NCBI GenBank assembly: GCA_963664115.2
Contig: CAXWPJ010000002.1
Coordinates: 64,001-128,000, forward strand
DNA from: Terriglobia bacterium
Lineage (GTDB): Bacteria > Acidobacteriota > Terriglobia > 20CM-2-55-15
Reading direction: 5' to 3'
DNA length: 64,000 bases
Each line of letters starts with the position of its first letter. Position 1 is the stretch's first letter. The position numbers and the translations under genes are program-made. The notes beneath the pieces were generated by a model, which saw only the letters and a program-made list of their open reading frames with translations, had not been told where the DNA came from and made no database searches. This document shows, one piece after another, positions 58,863 to 64,000 of the stretch.

Positions 58863-60803
58863 GTGTCCGACCAGAATCCGGAGCATCAACCCCACACCCC
58901 GTCTTCGGAGCATCAGCCATATATCAAATCGTCGACGTCGCTCCCCGAAATCACGGTGAAGTCGCTCATTCTGAGTGTGGGTCTCGCAATCGTTCTGGGT
59001 GCGGCCAATGCCTATCTTGGATTGTTTGCGGGGATTACCGTGTCGGCATCCATTCCCGCCGCAGTAATTTCGATGGCGGTGTTACGCTGCTTTAAAAACT
59101 CCAACATCCTTGAGAACAACATCGTCCAGACCGCCGCATCCGCCGGAGAAAGCGTGTCGGCCGGAGTTATCTTTACGATTCCCGCTCTCGTGATCCTGGG
59201 CACATGGACGCGTTTCAACTATTGGGAAACAGCCATGATCGCCGGCTTCGGAGGGTTTCTGGGCGTGTTGTTTACGATCCCGCTGCGCAGGTCGCTCATC
59301 ATTGAAACGCCCCTCCGTTTTCCTGAGGGCGTCGCAACCGCAGAGGTATTGAAAGTCGGGGAAGGCGGGGGCACCGGCATTCGACACATCGCAGCCGCAG
59401 GAGCCATCGGTGCGGTCTTCAAACTGGGTGAGGCCGGCCTTCGACTCTGGGGTGGTGTCGTCGAACAGGCGACCTACGCCGGCGGCACGATTCTTTATTT
59501 CGGAAGCAATTTATCGCCCGCACTCATCGGCGTTGGATACATCGTAGGGTTGAACATTGCCGCTCTCGTCTTTATCGGAGGCGCACTCAACTGGTTCATC
59601 GCTATTCCCATACTCGCATCGATCAACGGAATTTCTCCCGATCAATCCGCCGTGAGCGCAGCGGGTGTGCTCTGGTCAACCCAAACACGCTATCTAGGCG
59701 TAGGTGCCATGGTGGTGGGTGGCCTGTGGGCACTGGTGCGCCTTCGGACGAGCTTGATCCAAGGCATCCGTTCCGGTGCGGTCGCCTACCGCAAAGCTCG
59801 CGATGGAGGGATGTCACGAATCGCGCGCACCGAGCAGGACATTCCCATGCAGTGGGTTGGCATCGCTCTGGCGCTGTCGGTGATTCCTCTTTATTTCATC
59901 TTCAACCACATCACCGGCCAGCCCGGACTCTCCGCATTCATGGCCGTGATCATGCTGGTGGCGGGATTTCTGTTTTCGGCGGTGGCGGCCTATATGGCCG
60001 GTCTCGTCGGATCGTCGAACAACCCGATTTCCGGCGTGACCATTGCCACGATTTTGAGCTCCGCGATTCTGCTCCTAGTATTTCTTGGTGCGGATAACCC
60101 CATCGGACCGGCGTCGGCTATCTTGATCGGTTCGGTGGTGTGTTGCGCTGCGGCAATGGCGGGCGACAATCTTCAGGATCTCAAGGCAGGACATCTCCTG
60201 GGAGCAACGCCGTACAAGCAACAAATTGTTCAAGGCGTCGGTGTCATCTCGGCGGCGGCGGTCATCGCCCCAACACTGAACCTCTTGCTCGATGCCTATG
60301 GCATAGGCATCTCAACCCCGTTACATCCCGAACCACTGGCGGCCCCACAGGCAACGCTGATGGCCTCAGTCGCTCAGGGTGTATTTCAAGGCGGACTTCC
60401 CGTCGGAATGGTCGCGATCGGCATGGCGATCGCAGTTGCAGTGATTGCGCTCGACCTCTACCTGGAACGGAAACAATCGAACTTCAGGACACCCGTACTT
60501 GCGCTGGCGGTCGGCATCTACCTTCCTCTGGAACTTTCCGTACCCATTTTCATCGGCGGCCTGATCGCACACTGGGCCAGACGGGGACGCGAGGGCACCG
60601 AAGATCGGGGTGTCTTGTTTTCGGCTGGCTTGATCACCGGTGAGGCCTTGGTCGGCATCGCGATTGCGATTCCCATCGTCCTGTTCGGCCGCCCGGATGT
60701 TCTGGCCTTCTGGGGAGTTCATGAGGGGAATGTCCCCGGTGTCCTACTGTTGAGCGTGGTGGGCTATCTACTCTACCGCGCAGGCATCTGGTCAGATGAA
60801 TAG
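58863..60803 (+). CDS. OPT-family oligopeptide transporter
   Basis: YLGLFAG..SASIPAAV; ENNIVQT; SNNPISG; LQDLKAG; APQATLM. Confidence 0.93.
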   Translation: MSDQNPEHQPHTPSSEHQPYIKSSTSLPEITVKSLILSVGLAIVLGAANAYLGLFAGITVSASIPAAVISMAVLRCFKNSNILENNIVQTAASAGESVSAGVIFTIPALVILGTWTRFNYWETAMIAGFGGFLGVLFTIPLRRSLIIETPLRFPEGVATAEVLKVGEGGGTGIRHIAAAGAIGAVFKLGEAGLRLWGGVVEQATYAGGTILYFGSNLSPALIGVGYIVGLNIAALVFIGGALNWFIAIPILASINGISPDQSAVSAAGVLWSTQTRYLGVGAMVVGGLWALVRLRTSLIQGIRSGAVAYRKARDGGMSRIARTEQDIPMQWVGIALALSVIPLYFIFNHITGQPGLSAFMAVIMLVAGFLFSAVAAYMAGLVGSSNNPISGVTIATILSSAILLLVFLGADNPIGPASAILIGSVVCCAAAMAGDNLQDLKAGHLLGATPYKQQIVQGVGVISAAAVIAPTLNLLLDAYGIGISTPLHPEPLAAPQATLMASVAQGVFQGGLPVGMVAIGMAIAVAVIALDLYLERKQSNFRTPVLALAVGIYLPLELSVPIFIGGLIAHWARRGREGTEDRGVLFSAGLITGEALVGIAIAIPIVLFGRPDVLAFWGVHEGNVPGVLLLSVVGYLLYRAGIWSDE

Positions 60804-60813
60804 GACGGACGCT

Positions 60814-61644
60814 TCACCTGAGGACGGCCTCCAGGGAAGTTGACGCGTCCGTTTTTTCGTCGCGATATTTAACGATTACGGGCGCATACACGCCAACACC
60901 GTTCTTCCTGGCAAACTCACCCTTGGCCGGGCGCGACCCGGGCACCAGAACGGCTCCCGGCGGAATCGTCAGCGGGGTGTCATCAGAACGCTGGTAGATC
61001 GCGTCCCGAACCGTGTCGTAGACCCGTACACCCCCGGTCAGCAGAACTCCCGGCGCCAGAACGGCCCGCTCACCAACAATGACGCCCTCATACACGCCAC
61101 AGTTGCCACCCACGAACGCATCGTCTTCGACGATCACCGGAAGCGCTCCGGGAGGTTCCAAAACACCTCCGATCTGAGCCGCAGCCGAGAGATGGACCCG
61201 CTTTCCGACCTGTGCGCATGAACCCACCAGTGCATGAGAATCCACCATGGAACCATCGTCAACCCAGGCGCCGATGTTGATGAACATGGGCGGCATGCAG
61301 ATCACGTTCTGTCCGATGTAGGCGCCATCACGAATGCTGGAACCACCCGGCACGACCCGGGGGTCAAAGTCCGTCTCGCGTCGAAGCGGCAAGGTGTCCT
61401 TGTCCAGGAAGCGGAACTCCCCGGAAAGATCCCTCCGGGTGTTTATGCCTACTCGAAAAGCCAGAAGGATTCCCCGCTTCACCCAGGCATGGGTCTGCCA
61501 CACGCCATCCACCTTTTCTGCAGCACGGTAACGTCCCTGGTTGAGTCCCTCTCTGAATTCGGCAACGAGAGCCAAGCCTTCAGTACGTGCCTGCTCGACC
61601 GGCAGGGCCATCAATCGATCGATTTCGCTTCCGATGTCAGGCAT
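60814..61644 (-). CDS. dapD: Tetrahydrodipicolinate N-succinyltransferase
   Basis: WVKRGILL; RVVPGG; VGSCAQVG; IGGVLEP; hexapeptide repeats. Confidence 0.94.
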   Translation of the reverse strand: MPDIGSEIDRLMALPVEQARTEGLALVAEFREGLNQGRYRAAEKVDGVWQTHAWVKRGILLAFRVGINTRRDLSGEFRFLDKDTLPLRRETDFDPRVVPGGSSIRDGAYIGQNVICMPPMFINIGAWVDDGSMVDSHALVGSCAQVGKRVHLSAAAQIGGVLEPPGALPVIVEDDAFVGGNCGVYEGVIVGERAVLAPGVLLTGGVRVYDTVRDAIYQRSDDTPLTIPPGAVLVPGSRPAKGEFARKNGVGVYAPVIVKYRDEKTDASTSLEAVLR

Positions 61645-62569
61645 TCGCGCCCTTCTCGCCATTCGCACCCTTCTTCATGATCAATCCCAGTTCCGATGCG
61701 ATCCGGCCCAGCGCGTCCCGCGTCTGGGGAGAGGCTTCGGTCAGCGGCAGACGGCAGGTGTCTGCGAGGAGCCCCATCATTGCGAGGACGGCCTTTACGG
61801 GTATCGGGTTGCTCTCTAAAAAATTCGCCCGCATTAAAGGAAGCAGACGGTAATGCAGCGCACGGGCGCGCTCTAAATCTCCCTCCAGGGCACGATCGAC
61901 CATCTCCCCATACAACGCAGGTACCTCGTTGGAAACAACCGAAACCGCTCCGTCCCCCCCCGCCGCGATCATGGGCAGAGTCAGTGCATCGTCGCCGGAA
62001 AGCACCCGAAAGCCTTCCTTTCGGCAGCGGAGGATCTCCATGATCTGCGGGAAATCCCCGGAGGCTTCTTTAACGGCAACGATGCCGGGCAGCTCAGCCA
62101 AGCGCAAAGTGGTCTCAGCGTTGATGTTTCCACTCGTTCTTCCGGGCACGTTGTAAACAACGACAGGGAGATCGTTGACCTCAGTCACCGCCTTGAAGTG
62201 CTCGAAATATCCTTCCTGCGTCGGCTTGTTGTAGTAGGGACCTACGGAAAGAACGGCGTCCGCGCCAAGTTTCGCAGCGCGCTGGGTCAATCGCTGTGCA
62301 CGGGCCGTCGAGTTGCATCCGGCGCCCGCAATCACCAGAACCCGGCCAGCGACCAACTCGACCACACGTGCGATCACCCTCTCCCACTCGTCGCTTTCCA
62401 GCGTCGCTCCTTCGCCGGTCGTACCGCAGGGCAGAATCATGTCGACGCCGCCTTCGACCTGGAACTCGACCAACCGGGCGAGAGCATCCTCGTCCACGCT
62501 CAGGTCCTGGCGAAAAGGCGTTACGAGAGCGGTTCCTGTGCCTTGAAATTTTTCTTTAGATATCGTCAT
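61637..62569 (-). CDS. dapA: 4-hydroxy-tetrahydrodipicolinate synthase
   Basis: GTTGE; PYYNKP; YNVPGRT; KEASGD; SNPIPVK. Confidence 0.96.
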   Translation of the reverse strand: MTISKEKFQGTGTALVTPFRQDLSVDEDALARLVEFQVEGGVDMILPCGTTGEGATLESDEWERVIARVVELVAGRVLVIAGAGCNSTARAQRLTQRAAKLGADAVLSVGPYYNKPTQEGYFEHFKAVTEVNDLPVVVYNVPGRTSGNINAETTLRLAELPGIVAVKEASGDFPQIMEILRCRKEGFRVLSGDDALTLPMIAAGGDGAVSVVSNEVPALYGEMVDRALEGDLERARALHYRLLPLMRANFLESNPIPVKAVLAMMGLLADTCRLPLTEASPQTRDALGRIASELGLIMKKGANGEKGANA

Positions 62570-62591
62570 TTATCTATTTGATTTAATGATA

Positions 62592-63302
62592 CTAAATGTC
62601 CACGTCGTCCATCGTAAACACGCCTTTTTTCCCTCGAACCCACCGGGCGGCCCGTAGCGCTCCCATCGCGAAACCTATCCGGTTTTTGGCAGTGTGACGC
62701 AATTCAATCATATCCCCTTCCGAGTCGAAGCCCACGATGTGAGTGCCTGCCATTGTCCCGGCCCGGAGGGAGGAAATCTGAAGCGCCTCTTTCCCGATGC
62801 CACCCGGGGGCGTACCTTCCACAGTTCTGGTTTTGCGCTCGATCTCCTCGAGCAGGATCTCCGAGATGCGAAGCGCTGTCCCACTGGGACTATCGACCTT
62901 GCCCCTGTGATGTTTCTCTTCAACGAATACATCGTACTCGGGCAGCGATTCCATCAACTGGGCCGCTCTTTCGAGAATCCGGTAAAACGCGTTCACTCCT
63001 ATCGAGAAATTCTGCGCGTACACGAGCGCGGAATCTGTAAACCAACTGCGCACTTCGTCGAGATGGTCATACCATCCTGTCGTTCCGACGACGATGTCTA
63101 CGCCGCCGTCTGCCGCCAGTTTCATATTCTCCATGACCGTCTCAGGTGTCGAAAACTCGATGCACACCTCTGCTTTTTGGAGGCCCTCAGCGTTTGGAAG
63201 AGGGTCCAGGTCGAACTTCGACACGATCTGGTCACCCGCCTGGAGCGCCAGGCGTTCGACCTCACGGCCCATCTTCCCGTAACCAATCAGAGCTATTTTC
63301 AT
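62592..63302 (-). CDS. dapB: 4-hydroxy-tetrahydrodipicolinate reductase
   Basis: GYGKMG; VGTTG; NFSIG; EKHHRGKVDSPSGTA. Confidence 0.95.
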   Translation of the reverse strand: MKIALIGYGKMGREVERLALQAGDQIVSKFDLDPLPNAEGLQKAEVCIEFSTPETVMENMKLAADGGVDIVVGTTGWYDHLDEVRSWFTDSALVYAQNFSIGVNAFYRILERAAQLMESLPEYDVFVEEKHHRGKVDSPSGTALRISEILLEEIERKTRTVEGTPPGGIGKEALQISSLRAGTMAGTHIVGFDSEGDMIELRHTAKNRIGFAMGALRAARWVRGKKGVFTMDDVDI

Positions 63303-63323
63303 GATCGCGGTCCTGCCGCTCCG

Positions 63324-64000
63324 CTACTTGAGAAGGGTTCGCGCCAATCGATCGTATAACTCGACACCTTCGAGCAGGTCGCGCTTGAATATTTTCTCGT
63401 GCGCTGTGTGCGCGTCGAGTATGGAACCCGGACCGATCAGGAGAGGCTTGCCCAGGTTGCCCAAATACGGGATGTCGCTGCCAAATGAAACGACGGTCTG
63501 ATCAAAACCTTCAACGACGTGCATGTGTTGGGGTGCGGACGCTGCCAGAACGTCAATCACGGCCCGGTTGTGGACCGCTCGGCCCAGCCGCAGGCGGGCA
63601 TCAGGAACATCCTCGACCGTTCTCAGCATTATCGAAGCCGTCGCCGTGGCCGCGAGAATGTTTGCCGCCGTCCCTCCGCCGATCACGCCGATGTTGCATG
63701 ACCCTGCACCGAGAGTTGGATCCTCTCCCCAATCGGTGCCCACGCAGTCATGTAATACATCGATGAGCCTATGAACAGCCGATATACCCGCCTCAGGATA
63801 ACCCGAATGAGCCGCCTGGCCCCGAACACTCAAGTCTGCGAGTAGAGTTCCCTTCTGAGCCCGCGCCAGTTTGTTTTCGGTCGGCTCCCCGACAATGACA
63901 AACTCAGAAGACCAATCCAATCCGTTGGCCGCTTTCGCACCATCGCCTCCCGTCTCCTCGCCCACAAGGAGAAGAAATGCGAAATTCCGGATTCCATCCG
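63324..64000 (-). CDS. M20-family desuccinylase/deacetylase (DapE/ArgE-like), 5'-partial
   Basis: VGEE; VGEPT; GQAAHSGYP; GPGSILDAHT; located in the dap operon. Confidence 0.85.
   Translation of the reverse strand, partial: DGIRNFAFLLLVGEETGGDGAKAANGLDWSSEFVIVGEPTENKLARAQKGTLLADLSVRGQAAHSGYPEAGISAVHRLIDVLHDCVGTDWGEDPTLGAGSCNIGVIGGGTAANILAATATASIMLRTVEDVPDARLRLGRAVHNRAVIDVLAASAPQHMHVVEGFDQTVVSFGSDIPYLGNLGKPLLIGPGSILDAHTAHEKIFKRDLLEGVELYDRLARTLLK

Overview
Bacterial chromosomal segment, most likely Acidobacteriota (DUF6152, DUF1549/1553-DUF1501 and kinase/beta-propeller 'VLNWFEELK' signatures). It appears to span the replication terminus. A canonical XerC/XerD dif site lies at 44118-44145. A second site with a degenerate XerD arm lies at 47514-47541, and the two bracket a ~2-kb Xer-integrated element later hit by IS256. 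Housekeeping blocks (tolC, tadA, sufT, oppABCDF, lemA operon, moaA, dapE-like/dapB/dapA/dapD) surround a 23-47 kb decayed, IS-rich region. That region has three identical IS256 copies with target-site duplications, IS3, IS1380 and IS6/IS30/IS3 scars. It also has repeated stubs of Ser/Thr-kinase genes bracketing secreted-enzyme cargo, and a reused sigma70 promoter whose spacer is broken by (AG)14. The most unusual structures are: a 229-aa helical gene between two inward-facing arrays of degenerate 20-21-bp repeats, the dif-integrated mini-element, the kinase-stub-bracketed cargo, and a Tat-signal FMN oxidase carrying CxxCH. All family calls come from motif recognition by eye; no database searches were run.
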